This document shows, piece by piece, positions 24,982 to 40,834 of a DNA stretch of 64,000 nucleotides. Position 1 is the stretch's first letter; each line of letters begins with the position of its first letter. Source of the DNA: Eledone cirrhosa (taxonomy: Eukaryota); the NCBI GenBank assembly GCA_964016885.1, contig OZ024754.1, positions 17,670,001 through 17,734,000 on the forward strand. The letters run 5' to 3'. Under the pieces are notes generated by a model, which worked only from the letters and a program-made list of their open reading frames with translations, did no database searches and was not told the origin of the DNA. A program made the position numbers and the translations under genes.

Positions 24982-26481
24982 ATGGCTTGCGTAATGCAGC
25001 GCTCGCGTAATCGAGATATAGCATGCTTTCCAACAGACAAGTCTGGCAGAATGTCGGTTGACAGCCTGCCAAACTACATCCAGGCAATGCAACCCCACAT
25101 CACTAACACAAGAGAGGTAACACCACAGGAGCATGAGGATAGAGAAAAAGCCCTCAATGCCCATATGGTGATGTGGACGAATATAATGCAGCCCAACAAA
25201 AGGACTGTCAACAACTTCCAGGCCTGGAACAATGACGTGCCGGCGTTGTATGGGCTTCGAAAAGACCATAAAACGGGCAGTGACCCTGTCGCGGGACCAC
25301 CAACACAGCCAGTCTGTGGAGCTAACATTGCTAGTAACTACAGACTGTCCTACTTCCTCTCCCTGATCATACGCCCCATCATTGAAATGTCCCCAGATGT
25401 ATGTGGCAGCACGGAGGACCTCCTCAGCAGAATCAGCGAGAGTAACCGATCTAGGGACCTAACAAACTGCATAATAGGTAGTATGGATGTTGTGTCCCTG
25501 TATCCATCTATTGACGTGGATTTTGCTGTGGAGAAATGCGTAGAAATGATCAGTGAGAGCAATGTTGAGTTCCGTGGGATTGATACCAGTGAGCTGGGAC
25601 TCCTACTTAAACTTACCTATAGTAATAATTACCTAGACACATATGACCTTAGCAACCTGTGCCCTACAAGACCAGCAAGAGGCAGACCACATACCATTAC
25701 CTCAATGGCCAAGAAAACCCACACAGATAGATGGAACGGGTGGACCAGAGCCATACGGACACCCGAAAACCACAATGAACTGAAGAAAATGATTGCACAT
25801 GCGGTAGGGGCCAGCATAAAACTAACCCTTAAGGAACATATGTTCAAATTTAATGGAAAAACATATGCCCAAGAGGAAGGAGCAGCCATTGGTGTTAGCA
25901 TTGCAGGCGACATAGCTAACTTATTCATGGTATGGTGGGACAGTAGACTTAAACTTAAACTTAAAGAACAATTAGAAGACCCCTTAACCCTGATAATGTA
26001 CTCCCGCTACGTTGATGATATAAACATCGTAGTTAAGACACCCCCACTAGAGAACAGCCAGGAACTAGAGAAAAACACAATGGAAAGCATCCAGCAAATA
26101 GCTAACTCCATCCACCAGAGCATTAGAGTTACTATAGACTACCCAAGTAAACACCCCAACCATCGATTACCTGTACTAGACACAGAGCTCTGGTTAGATA
26201 CCATTAATAACAAAAAACAAATCCTCCATTCCCATTATGCCAAACCCATGACTTCCAAACATCTGATCCACCGAAACTCGGCCGTTTCGGACCATACCAA
26301 AATCAACATACTGATTGCGGATTTGGTACGGGTGATGAGAAACGTGTCCCGCATGTGCAACCCCGAAGAACTAGAGAGACACATACAACACTTCATCCAC
26401 CGTATGCAGTTCTCTGGCTACAATCAGAGAGATAAAATCAGAGTGTATAGAGGAGCCAGACCAAATGGGAAAAAATGGTAA
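24982..26481 (+). CDS. PLE reverse transcriptase (largest open fragment)
   Basis: 499-aa ORF with RT motifs A (MDVVSLYPSI), B (QEEGAAIG) and C (YVDD). Confidence 0.9.
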   Translation: MACVMQRSRNRDIACFPTDKSGRMSVDSLPNYIQAMQPHITNTREVTPQEHEDREKALNAHMVMWTNIMQPNKRTVNNFQAWNNDVPALYGLRKDHKTGSDPVAGPPTQPVCGANIASNYRLSYFLSLIIRPIIEMSPDVCGSTEDLLSRISESNRSRDLTNCIIGSMDVVSLYPSIDVDFAVEKCVEMISESNVEFRGIDTSELGLLLKLTYSNNYLDTYDLSNLCPTRPARGRPHTITSMAKKTHTDRWNGWTRAIRTPENHNELKKMIAHAVGASIKLTLKEHMFKFNGKTYAQEEGAAIGVSIAGDIANLFMVWWDSRLKLKLKEQLEDPLTLIMYSRYVDDINIVVKTPPLENSQELEKNTMESIQQIANSIHQSIRVTIDYPSKHPNHRLPVLDTELWLDTINNKKQILHSHYAKPMTSKHLIHRNSAVSDHTKINILIADLVRVMRNVSRMCNPEELERHIQHFIHRMQFSGYNQRDKIRVYRGARPNGKKW

Positions 26482-27340
26482 ATAATGACATAAATGGGAC
26501 CTGCCCCTTGTATAGGAGCACATTTTGGAATAGAATAGAAAGAACTAGGAACAAGGTTAATAGAATAAACTCATGGTATGATAGCAATAAATACCTGAGT
26601 GTAATGTTCATCGATACAACCCCTAGAGGTGAATTAGCTTACAAATTTAGAAGGGCCCTAGATAAACATAAACTCAATATTAAGATAGTAGAAAGACCAG
26701 GTACCTCCGTATTAAAACCCTTATTAGCAAGACATACCCTTTTCAAAGACCATCATGTATAGATAAGAAATGTATAACCTGTAAAATAAGCCCCCATATT
26801 AACTGTAAAACTAGAAATGTAGTGTATAGCATAAGATGTACTGAAGGACAATGTAGAGACAAAAATATAGTGTACATAGGTGAGACAGCTCGTAGTGTAG
26901 GGGAACGGATAAATGAACACTGGCGAGACCTTCAAGATAGTAAAGAATCATCTGTACTCTACCAACATGCTAAAATAGAACACAAGGGTAAATTAGAGAA
27001 CATAGAAATAAAAATAGAATCTACACACAGAAAAGACACAATGCTTAGACAAATCACAGAGGCAATAAACATAAAAGAATTACAACCAAAATTAAATAGA
27101 AAATATGAGTGGAACGGCAACATCAAAACTTACAATTAAGGACAAAATGAAAACACACACACACATAGAACAAACAACCAACCAGTAACATGTAAATAAA
27201 CAAATAAATAAATGAACATAAACACACACAGACACCCGGATGTGGCGCATGCGCAGACTGAGCACACAACACACACACAGAAACAAAATGGCGTAGGACA
27301 GAACAAAGGAGAGGCACAGAAACAAAGAAAGGAATCCCCA

Positions 27341-27383
27341 GTCACTGAAGAGGTCACAGAGTGTGTGACGAAAGAACTATGAC
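27341..27383 (+). ncRNA. Hammerhead ribozyme in 3' pLTR
   Basis: Identical to 23269-23311. Confidence 0.82.
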
Positions 27384-27517
27384 AATATATAAACAACTAT
27401 CTGGTTGTGGAACCAACCAACCAACCAGAAATTTATAAATTTATTATAATAAATTGAAGTGAAAGCAACTGGTGCGTGTGTTTCTTATTGGCAACATGAC
27501 CCTCCCAAAGTATAACA

Positions 27518-29654
<2,137 letters not shown>

Positions 29655-29656
<2 letters not shown>

Positions 29657-31045
29657 CAGAAGGGATATTAGCACTACTAATTAGAGAAATGTTGAAATTA
29701 GATGAGATGCAGTTTGGTTTTGTGCCTGGGAAGAGTACATCAGTTGCCCTCTTCTTGGTGAGACAATTACAAGAGAGGTTCTTACAGAAAAATAAGCCAC
29801 TATACGTAGCCTTTGTTGACCTAGAGAAGGCCTTTGATAGGGTACCACGATCTGTCATCTGGTGGTCCCTAAGGAAACTAGGTGTTGAGGAATGGCTTGT
29901 GTGGACAGTGCAAACTTTGTACAGAGGTAGTCAGTAAAGTCAGGGTAGGAATGGAGTTTAGTGAGAAATTCGAGATACAAGTAGGAGTACATCAAGTTTC
30001 GGTCCTCAGCCCGCTCTTGTTCATTATAGTCCTCCAAGTCATAATGGAGGAGTTTAAGACTGGCTGTCCATGGGAACTTCTCTATGCTGACGATCTGGTT
30101 CTTATAGCAGAATCAGTAGAGAAGCTAGAGAATAAATTCTGGCTATGGAAACAGCAGTTTGAAGCAAGAGGACTGAGAGTGGACCTAGCTAAGACAAAAG
30201 TGTTGATGAGTAGAAAAGAGGACAAAACTCTGATTCCGTCAGGGAAATAGCCATGTTCGATATGCAGAAAAGGAACTGGCATAAATTCTATAAAATGCAC
30301 AGAATGCAGATACTGGGTACACAAGAAATGTAGTGGGATAGCAGGCAAACTAACAGGTAGGGAGAAATACGTATGCAGTAGAAGTCGCATTGATAGACAC
30401 ATTTTTCAAATGCAGGCGGGTGCTATAGAAGTGGTGGATAGCTTCCGGTACCTAGGAGCTCAGATTAGCATGGGAGGGGGCTATTCCGAGGCTATAGTAT
30501 CTAGAATAAGGACAGGTTGGAAGAAGTTTAGGGAGCTGCTTCCTCTGCTGACAAAGAAGGGTTTCTCCCTGTATACGAAGGTTATATGATGCCTGTGTGA
30601 GGAGCACGATGTTGCATGGTAGTGGGACATGGGCAGGAACTGCAGAGGATATGCGACGGCTGGAGAGAAATGAGGCAAGCATGCTCCGTTGGATGTGCAA
30701 TGTCAATGTGTGTGAATGACCAAGCATGTATGTGTTGAGAGAGTAACTGTCTGAGAGGGATAGAATGTAGTGTACGAGAGAGGAGACTGAGGTGGTATGG
30801 ACATGTGATGCGCATGGAGGATGACCGATGGGTGAAGAAGTGCCAGGAAATGCCTGTTGGAGGAAGACGTGGTAGAGGTAGACCACGAAAACCATGGGCG
30901 GAGGTGGTGAGAACAGACCTCAGATCGCTGAAGCTCACAGTGGAGATGACGAAGGACCGTGACGAGTGGAGAGATGCTGTGCTGAATAAGACCCGTCCCA
31001 CCCTTGCAAGCAGGGAAAAGCAGACGTAAAATGATGATGATGATC
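29655..31045 (+). mobile_element. RTE-clade LINE, 5'-truncated (short-3'UTR subfamily)
   Basis: DEMQFGFVPG, AFVDLEKAFD, YADD, RGRPRKPW and a (GAT)n tail. Confidence 0.93.
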
Positions 31046-31197
31046 TAGAGAGTTTAAATTGGAGTTACTGTAGGTTCACCCAGGTGAGCACTCAATATTT
31101 AGGTTCACTTCTGTGTCGAGGTGTTGAGCTATACAGAGTGTATTATATTTAAAAGATAACAAGAATGGTTGGTTACTCTTTCATTACATTTATTGGT

Positions 31198-31232
31198 AGG
31201 TGACGCGCGTTTCGCCACTGATCAGCTCAAGG
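31198..31232 (-). ncRNA. Degenerate or half hammerhead motif (probable PLE remnant)
   Basis: Reverse complement TTGA-GCTGATCAGTGGC-GAAA-CGCGCG-TC-ACC has the 3' core with a palindromic stem III; the 5' core is damaged. Confidence 0.4.
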
Positions 31233-31914
31233 TTCGATCTGTATCGATCTTACCCGACTCTATAATCGGCAGCTCGACGGACCCTTTAAAATGCTATAAG
31301 AAAATAAATACATGCTATATGGTAAAGTCAGAAGTTCATATGTTGGTCAATATGAATTGTTTTGATTGGTGGAATAGATCATAGGGATGCTTTCGCCTGT
31401 TGTGTATGTGGGGGTGGATGTGATGATAAGATGGTGGTGACGGTCGCTGGCTGGTTGGGCTGTGGTGTGGGGGGGGGGGGGAATTGTAGACAGATTGGCG
31501 TGTATTTGTGGCTGGTTATTGTGTGTGGTGTGGGTGTGGTGGTGTTGTCTATGGTAATGGTGTTTATGGTGGTGTGGTGGATGTGTTGGTGGTGTCAAAT
31601 CCATGGGGGAGATACATACCTAGACACACTTAGTCTGACAAAAACGTTGTATACATATACATGCGTATACACACTGACATATATACACATACACACTTAT
31701 ATATATACACACATATACATATATACACATGTGTGTGTGTGTGTATACAGAGAGGGGGGGGGAGTGTCAGGGGAGGGCGTAGTACATAGATAGGGTGGGG
31801 GGGGGGCAATGGAGATGGCGTTGTACATATAAACATATACACACAGACACACATATATATATATATATATACCTACACACAGACACACAGACTTGCGTTG
31901 TTTAGGGAGGGAAA

Positions 31915-32620
31915 GTATGTGTTGGCGATGTTAGTGATGTTAATGATTGTTGAGGTATGGAGATGTGCCTAGTGGTGGCGGTGGAGGTGTTGTGTGCGAC
32001 AATAAATATACAGGATCGAATTATACGATGGGTTACAGGTTAAAAGGTGACATAGGGAACACGGGCGGGGAAAACAAGGTTGTGAACGTATAGCGATGTG
32101 TGTGGAGGTGGTGGTGGTGGTTATATGTTCGACAATATATTTACATGATCAGATGTTACGGTGGTTTACAAGGTAAAGCTGACAGAGAGGGCAGACATAA
32201 CACAGTGGTTCCAGGAGGGAAGGGGTGATATGTGTTGGTGATGTTAATGGTGTTAATGATTGTTGAAGTATGGAGTTGTATCTGGTGGTGGCGGTGGTGG
32301 TGTGTGCGACAATATATTTACAGGATTGACTTTAACGAAGGATTGTAGGTTAAAAAAGACAGATGGAACATGTGGGAACAAGGTTGTGGGTATGGGATGG
32401 TAGACATATAGCGAGCGATGTGTGTGGTGGCGGTGGTGATGGTGATGGGGTGATGTAATCGACATTATATTTAGAGGATCGGATGCTACAATGGATTACA
32501 AGGTAAAACCTGACAGAGAGGACAGATAGAACACAATGGTACTAATATGAGGGGTGTATGGCGATGTGTCTTTTGGTGGGGGTGATGGATGCGGCATGAT
32601 ATATACAAAATTTTGACTTA
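31915..32620. repeat. Degenerate GT-rich tandem repeat (~310-bp unit made of two related subunits)
   Basis: GACAATATATTTACAGGAT-like marker at ~31998, 32131, 32308 and 32461. Confidence 0.7.
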
Positions 32621-32776
32621 CAAAGGGTTACATGTTATAAGACAAATGCACTGAGCTGAGGGACAGAGAAACAAGGCAAAGGAGGTTATTATTATGTTGG
32701 GTCAAGGTTAGTGTGTGGCCCTCAGCCGAATGTTTGTGCAGAGAAGGTATTCAACTATATACATATATTTAAAGTT

Positions 32777-35143
32777 GTATGACATAGATGATAACTGGAA
32801 TTTCTTGCATGACAACTTACTGCAGGCTACTGAAGAGACTTGTGGTTGGGGCAGAGCTTCAACCAGACAGAGAGTGACCTGGGGGTCGAACAGCACAGTA
32901 GATAGGGCCATTAGAGAAAAAAGACTGGCTTGGAAAGCTTGGGAAAATGGTGGGAGTAGAGACGGATACACAGCCGCTAAGAGAGAAGCTAGACGTCAGG
33001 TGTACTTAGCACGCAGGGAGGCTGAGAGTAGGAGGTTTGCCAATGTTCTGCGATGGGAAGATCAGAGACGTGCGGTGTTCCACATTGCAAGGCAGTGTGT
33101 CAGTGCAAATCAGGATGTTGTTGGAGATAAGTGTGTCCGGAATGATGCCAGTGTACTTAGTGTCACGAATGATCAGAAAAAGAAGGCCTGGAAATGTCAT
33201 TATGAGAGACTGATGAATGTAGAGAACGAATGGGAGAGAGAGAAATTACCCTCAGTAGATCCGACAGAGGGACCAGCTATTGAGATTGACGAATATAGGG
33301 TCATCATCATCATCATCATCGTTTAATGTCCATCTTCCATGCTTGCATGGGTTTGGACGGGAATTTTCCCACTTGGGGCAAGATTGGTTGACTTGCTCGT
33401 ATAGGACTGTCTGGCGGGTTTGCTACGGCTGGATGCCCTTCCTAACACCAACCACGTTTACAATGTGGACTGGGAAGCAATTAAGGAAATGAAGAAGGGT
33501 AAGGCCACTGGACCGTCGGGGATAGTTGCTGAGATGATGAAGACTTCAGGAGAAGTAGGCACTAAACTAGTTGCATGCATCATTAATCAAGCTATATATG
33601 GTGGTGTCATACCCAAAGACTGGTGCAGCAGTATTCTCTTAAATTGTTACAAAGGTTAAGGGGTTGCTCTGGAGAGGAGCAATTAAAGGGGCATAAAACT
33701 GATGGATCAGGTTATGAAAGTGGCAGAGAGAATATTAGCACAACTAATTAGAGAAAGGGTCAATTTAGATGAGATGCAGTTTGGTTTTGTGCTTCGGAAA
33801 AGTACAACAGATGCCCTCTTCTTGGTAAGGCAACTACAAGAGAGGTTCTTAGAGAAAAATAAGCCACTATACTTAGCTTTTATTGACCTAGAGAAGGCCT
33901 TTGATAGGGTACCCCGATCTGTCATCTGGTGGTCCCTAAGGAAACTAGGTGTAGAGGAATGGCTTGTGAGGACAGTGCAAACTTTGTACAGAGGTACTCT
34001 CAGTAAAGTGAGAATAGGAATGGAGTTTAGTGAGGAATTCCATATAAAAGTAGGTGTACATCAGGGTTCGATCCTCAGCCCACTCTTGTTCATTATAGTC
34101 CTCCAAGCCATAACAGAGGAGTTTAAGACTGGATTCCCATGGGAACTTCTCTATGCTGATGATCTGGTTATTATAGCTGAATCAGTGGAGGAGCTAGAGA
34201 ATAAATTCTGGCTATGGAAACAGCAGTTGGAAGCAAGAGGACTGAGAGTGAACATAGCTAAAACAAAAGTGTTGATGAGTAGAAGAGAGGACAATACTCC
34301 GATTCCACCAGGGAAATGGCCATGTTCGATAAGTAGGAAAGGAACTGGCATAAATTCCATAAAATGTACGCAATGCAGATCTTGGGTACACAAGAGATGT
34401 AGTGGGGTAGCAGGCAAACTAACAGGTAGGGAAAACTACTTATGCAGTAGATGTACAGGGAAAGTTGGCAGTAGTAATCGCTATGATAGACTCATTTTTC
34501 CAATGCAGGTGGGTTCCATAAAAGTGGTTGATAGCTTCCGGTACCCAGGTGATCAGATTAGTATGGGGGGGGGGGGGTTCTGAGGCCATAGTGTCTAGAA
34601 TAAGGACGGGTTGGAAGAAGTTTAGGGAGCTGCTTCCTCTGTTGACAAAGAATGGTTTCTCCATGTATATGAAAGGACGGTTATATGATGCCTGTGTGAG
34701 ATGCGTGATGCTGCATGGTAGTGAGACATGAGCAGCAACTGGAGAAGATATGCGACGGCTGGAGAGAAATGAAGCAAGTATGCTCCGTTGGATGTGCAAC
34801 GTCAATGTGCATGAACGACTAAGCATAGATGAGTTAGAAAGAAACTGGGTATAAGAGGGATAAGTTGTGGTGTGCAGGAGAGGAGACTGAGATGGTATGG
34901 ACATGTGATGTGCATGGAGGATGACCGATGGGTGAAGAAGTGCCAGGAAGTCCCAGTGGAGGGAAGATGCAGTAGAAGTAGACCACGAAAAACATGGGCG
35001 GGGGTGGTGACAACAGACCTCAGATCGCTGAAACTCACCGAGGAGATGACGAAGGACCGTGACAAGTGGATGTGCTGAATAGGACCCGTCCAACCCTTGC
35101 AAGCAGGGAAAAGCGGACGTAAAATGATGATGATGATTATGAT
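32777..35143 (+). mobile_element. RTE-clade LINE, degenerate
   Basis: ORFs 32715..33326 and 33702..34583 (RT) and a (GAT)n tail. Interrupted at 33301-33472. Confidence 0.93.
33301..33472 (-). mobile_element. Short retroposon (RTE 3'UTR-derived or SINE tail) nested in an RTE
   Basis: (CAT)n followed by the reverse complement of the 3'UTR seen at 15100-15258. Related pieces at 43520-43685 (+) and 41090-41255 (-). Confidence 0.8.
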
Positions 35144-35162
35144 ATATATATAAATAATTACA

Positions 35163-35194
<32 letters not shown>

Positions 35195-35499
35195 AGCACC
35201 CAGTCCATGTTGTAAAATGGAGGGGTGGAGAGGGCCCCTGATCCAGTAAGACAACCACTCTGGTGCTGGTGGCACGAATAAAAGCACCCAGTCCATGCTG
35301 TAAAGTGGTGTTGGTGTTAGGAAGGGCATTCAACCAGTATATATTAATGCCACAAGCTATGAGCACAACAAATGAGAAATACAACAACTGCATAAACAGT
35401 AATAACACTAACCATGTTAGGGCTACACACGGTAGTGGGGTGGCTGGTGTGGCCATGTACAAGAACCTCCCGACTGTCATCAAGCAATCGCACAACAAG

Positions 35500-38400
35500 A
35501 ACAAGAATATGAAGGCATCAAATCTCTGAGTTGCCACACTTAATGTTGGCACTCTAACAGGTAGATCTGGTGAGATAGTTTAGATGCTGGAGAGAAATCA
35601 TATGGATGTGTACTGCATGCAGGTGAGATGGAGAGGTGCCTTTGCAAGACTAATCGCAGGCAAACATCTTAGTTATAAGTTTTTCTGGGTAGGTAACGAT
35701 GATGGGTTAGGTGGGGTGGGCATTTTACTGGCTGAGAGATGGATCGATAAGACAATAGAGGTAGTTAGAATCAGTAATAGAATAATTAAGCTTAGATTAG
35801 TTGTAGGCAAGAGACTGCTGACAATCATCTCTGCCTATGCTCCCCAGGCGGGCCTAGGCAAAGAAGAGAAAGACTGCTTTTACAAGCAACTTTTAGAAAC
35901 GGCCTCAATGACAAAGGAGAGAGACATCGTTATGCTAGCAGGGGACTTCAATGGTCATGTTGGACAGCTCCAGAATGGTTACACTGGGGTACATGGTAGG
36001 TACGGTTATGGCTCAAGAAATGAAGAAGAAGTGAGGTTTCTTGAATTTTGTGATGCAAGTGCATTAACCATTTGCAACACTAACTTCAAGAAGCCTACCA
36101 ACCACCTAATAACCTACAAATGTGGCAAGCACATAAGCGAGATTGACTTCCTGCTAGTTAGACAGAGGGACAGACATGGTGTCAAATACTAAGGCATACC
36201 CTGGGGAAGAATGTACCCCACATAGTCGTTAGTGATATCTCAGTAAGCAAGAGACAGAATGAGACCTACAGGAAGGTGTGGAAAAGAAAGGTCTGAAAGC
36301 CAAGAAACCTTTCACTAAAATATAAATTTAGGAAAACCCTTCAAGATGTGTATGACGAAAAAGAAGACGATTTAGCGACGTATGACATAGATAATAACTG
36401 GAATTTCTTACGTGACAACATACTACAGGCCACTGATGAAACTTGTGGCTGGAGCAGAACTCCAACCAGACAGAGAGTGACCTGGTGGTGGAACAGCACA
36501 GTAGATAAGGCCATTAGAGACAAAAGACTAGCATGGAGTGCTTGGAAAAATGGTGGGTGTAGAGACTGATACACAGCCACTAAGAGAGAAGCTAGACATC
36601 AGGTGTACTTAGCACACAGGGAGGCTGAGAGTAGGAGGTTTGCCAAGGTCCTGTGACGAGAAGATCAGAGACGTGTGGTGTTCCACATTGCAAGGCAGTG
36701 TGTCAGTGTAAATTAGAATATTGTTGGAGATAAATATGTCCGAAATGATGCTGATGTACTTAGTGTCATGAATGATCAGAAAAAGGAGGCCTGGAAATGT
36801 CATTATGCGAGACTGATGCATGTGGAAAATGAATGAGAGAGAGAGAAACAACCCCAGTAGACCCAAGGGACCAGCTATTGAGATTGATGAATATAGGGTC
36901 CAAGAGGCAATTAAGGAAATGAAAAATGGTAAGGCCACTGGACTGTCAGGGATAGTTGCTGAGATGCTGAAGGCATCAGGAGAAGTAGGAACTAAACTGG
37001 TTGCATACATTGTCAATCAAGCTATAAATGGCGGAATCATACCCAAAGACTGGTGTAGCAGTATTCTCATAAATTGCTACAAAGGTAAAGGGGATGCTCT
37101 GGAGAGGAGCAATTATAGAGGCATAAAACTGATGGATTAGGTCATGAAAGTGGCAGAAGAATATTAGAGCAACTAATTAGAGAAAGGGTCAAACTAGATG
37201 AGATGCAGTTTGGTTTTGTGCCTCAGAAAAGTACAACAGATGCCCTCTTCATAGTGAGGCAACTACAAGAGAGGTTCTTACAGAAAAATAAGCCACTATA
37301 CTTAGCCTTTGTTGACCTAGAGAAGGCCTTTGATAGGGTACCCTGATCTCTCATCTGGTGGTCCCTAAGGAAACTAGGTGTTGAGGAATGGCTTGTGAGG
37401 ACAGTGCAAACTTTGTACAGAGATACTGTCAGTAAAGTCAGGGTAGGAATGGAGTTTAGTGAGGAATTCCAGATAAAAGTAGGAGTACATCAAGGTTCAG
37501 TCCTGAGCCCGCTATTGTTCATTATAGTCCTCCAAGCCATAACAGAGGAGTTTAAGACTGGATGCCCATGGGAACTTCTCTATGCTGATGATCTGGTTCT
37601 TATAGCAGAATCAGTAGAGGAGCTAGAGAATAAATTCTGGCTATGGAAACAGCAGTTGGAATCAAGAGGCCTGAGAGTGAACATAGCTAAAACAAAGGCG
37701 TTGATAAGTAGAAGAGAGGACAATACTCTGATTCCATCAGGGAAATGGCCATGTTCGATATGTAGAAAAGGAGCTGGCATAAACTCTATAAAATGTACAC
37801 AATTCAGATCTTGGGTACACAAGTGATGTAGTGGGATAGCAGGCAAACTAACAGGTAGGGAAAACTACATATGCAGTAGATGTACAGGGAAATTTGACAG
37901 TAGTTGTCGCATGATAGACACACTTTTCAAAAGCAGGTAGGTTCTATAGAAGTGGTTGATAGCGTCCGGTACCTAAGTGATCAGATTATCATGGGAGGAG
38001 GTGTTCTGAGACCATAGTATATAAAATAAGGATGGGTTGGAAGAAGTTTAGGGAGCTGCTTCCTCTGTTGACAAAGAAGGGTTTCTCTCTGTGTATGAAA
38101 GGCCAGTTATATGATGCCTGTGTGAGATGCGCCATGCTGCATGGTAGTGAGGTATGGGCAGCAACTGCAGAGGATATGCGACGGCTGGAGAGAAATGAAG
38201 CAAGCATGTTCCATTAGATGTGTAATGTCAATGTGCATGAATGACCAAGCATAGATGAGTTGAGAGAGAAACTGTGTATAAGAGTGATAAGTTGTAGAGT
38301 GCAGGAGAGAAGACTGCGATGTTATGGAGATGTGATGCGCATGGAGGATGACCACTGGGTAAAGAAGTGCCAAGAAATGCCAGTAGAAGTAAGACCACAA

Positions 38401-38546
38401 AAAACATGGGCGGAGGTGGTGAGAGCAGACCTTAAATTGCTGAAGCTCACGGGGTGACGAAGGACTGTAACAAGTGGAGAGATGCTGTACTGAATAGGAC
38501 CCGATCCACCCTTGCAAGCAGGGAAAAGCAGACTGATGATGATGAT
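35500..38546 (+). mobile_element. Near full-length RTE-clade LINE (APE plus RT), multiple stops
   Basis: VATLNVGTLTG, ISAYAPQ, AGDFNGHVG, EIDFLL (APE), then RT and a (GAT)n tail. Confidence 0.93.
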
Positions 38547-38573
38547 GTGTGTGTGTGTATTTATATATATATA

Positions 38574-40834
38574 GGCGACAAGTATACTTAGCTAGGAGGG
38601 AAGCAGAGGATAGAAAATTCAAGCATGTTTTACAACGTGAGGACCAGAAACAGGAGGTATTCAAGATTGCGAGGCAGTGTGTCAGAGATAGTTGTGATGT
38701 CATTGGAGAGAAGTGTATCCGGAATGATAAAGGTGAGCTTGCCCTCACAAGTGCTGAGAAGAAAGATGCATGGAAGAGTCATTATGATAGATTACTAAAT
38801 GAGGAGGATGCATGGGAAGAAGAGACCCTACCCCAAGTAGACCCTATAGAGGGACCAGCAGTACAAGTCAGCGGCAGCGTAGTAAGTAAGGCAATCAAAG
38901 ATATGAAGATGGGGAAGGCAACCGGTCCATCAGGTATAGCTGCCGAGATGCTGAAGGCATCTGGGTCTGTAGGTCACACGATAACCACACGTATCGTTAA
39001 CCAGGTAATACTAGAAGGGGCCATACCAAAAGATTGGTGCAGTAGCATCATTGTCAACTGCTACAAAGGTGAAGGCGATGCACTAGATAGAGGAAACTAT
39101 AGAGGTATAAAGTTGATGGACCAGGTCATGAAAGTAACAGAAAGAGTTATAGCACAGCTGATTAGGGACCGGGTGAAAATAGACGAGATGCAATTTGGGT
39201 TTGTACCAGGAAGAGGCACCACTGATGCCCTCTTCCTTGTGAGGCAATTACAGGAAAAGTACCTAGCTAAAAGTAAGCCACTCTACTTGGCATTTGTCGA
39301 CCTTGAGAAAGCCTTTGACAGAGTTCCACGTGCTGTAATCTGGTGGGCTCTTAGAAAACTAGGAGTAGATGAATGGCTTGTGAAAGCGGTACAAGCCATG
39401 TATAGGGGAGCAGTCAGCAAAGTTAGGATTAGCAATGAGTATAGCGAGGAATTTAGCGTACAGGTTGGGGTCCACCAGGGCTCTGTTCTTAGCCCTCTCC
39501 TGTTCATCATAGTCCTGCAGGCAATAACGGAGGAGTTTAAGACCGGATGCCCATGGGAACTCCTGTATGCTGATGACCTTGCACTCATAGCTGAATCTAT
39601 GGTAGAACTAGAGAATAAATTCCAAACCTGGAAGCAGGGACTAGAAAGAAAGGGTCTCAAAGTCAACATGACAAAGACTAAGATCCTTGTAAGTAGACGA
39701 GAAAACAGAATCCAGATCCCCTCAGGGAAATGGCCTTGCTCAGTATGTAGGAAAGGTGTAGGTAGGAACTCCATTCTCTGCCCCAAATGCAAACAATGGG
39801 TACACAAGAGATGTAGCGGGATCTCAGGAAGCTTAATTAAGAATGTAGGATTCACATGCAGCAGCTGTGCTGAGACAGCAAGCAGCAAACAGCCACAGGA
39901 AACAAGTACCATCAATCTCTGGGAGGGCCCTGTAGAAACAGTAGACAGCTTCTGCTACCTAGGTGACCGAATTAGCAACGGAGGTGGGTGTTCAGAAAGT
40001 GCAATAACTAGGGTAAGAACGGGATGGAAGAAGTTTAGGGAACTACTACCACTGCTAGCTGCAAAAGGCTTCTCCCTCAGAATGAAAGGCAGACTGTATG
40101 ATGTGTGTATCCGAACAGCGATGTTGCATGGTAGCGAGACCTGGGCGCTGAAGGTGGAAGACTTACGTAGATTAGAGAGAAACGAAGTCTGCATGCTCTG
40201 ATGGATGTGTAACAATAATATACGTGAACGACAAAGCATAAATGAATTGAGAGAGAGACTGAGCATAAGAGGAATCAAATGCTGTGTGCAGGAGAGGCGG
40301 TTGCGCTGGTATGGACATGTGATGCGTATGAAGGATGACAGCTGCATAAAAAGGTGCAGAGCACTAGAAGTTGATGGAAACCGCGGAGTGGGGAGACCCA
40401 ACATGACATGGGATGAGGTGATAAAAGCCGACCTTACCCAATTACACCTCTCAAAGACAATGACACACGACCGTGACTTCTGGCGTCACGCAGTAATACA
40501 GAGTACCCGACCTCCCATGGGTACAAGCTGAAGCATATAGACAATATGCCCCCCCCCCCCCACCGCAAGGTGGTCGTGGAGGTGCCACGGCAAAAAAGCA
40601 CCCAGCCCACACTGTAAAGTGGACGTGTAGGCGCCACGAAAAAGCACCCAGCACTCACTGTAAATGAGGTTGGTGTTAGGAAGGGCATCCAGCTGTAGAA
40701 ATCAAGCCAAATCAGTTCCTGTATGAGCAAGGCATGGTCAGCCGACCAGACACTGCCCACAACAGGACAACCCGTCTAACCCATGCTAGCGTGGAAGAAC
40801 GGACGTAAAACGGTGATGATGATGATGATGATGA

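Larger units (their letters stand above)
23225..27518 (+). mobile_element. Near full-length Penelope-like element (RT plus C-terminal GIY-YIG; Neptune/Nematis-like linker) with direct pseudo-LTRs
   Basis: ORF from ATG 23443 to 27139 with ~4 frameshifts: LRLPPKF, TDKSG, SMDVVSLYPSI, GAAIG..IANLFM, RYVDD, LPVLD, CIDKKCITC linker, YIGET. 23225-23468 is repeated at ~27297-27518. Confidence 0.95.

Noticed and set aside
31915-32620. Repeat/spacer-like pattern as a CRISPR array
   Set aside because: Eukaryotic context, degenerate units, homologous intervening sequences and no cas genes.
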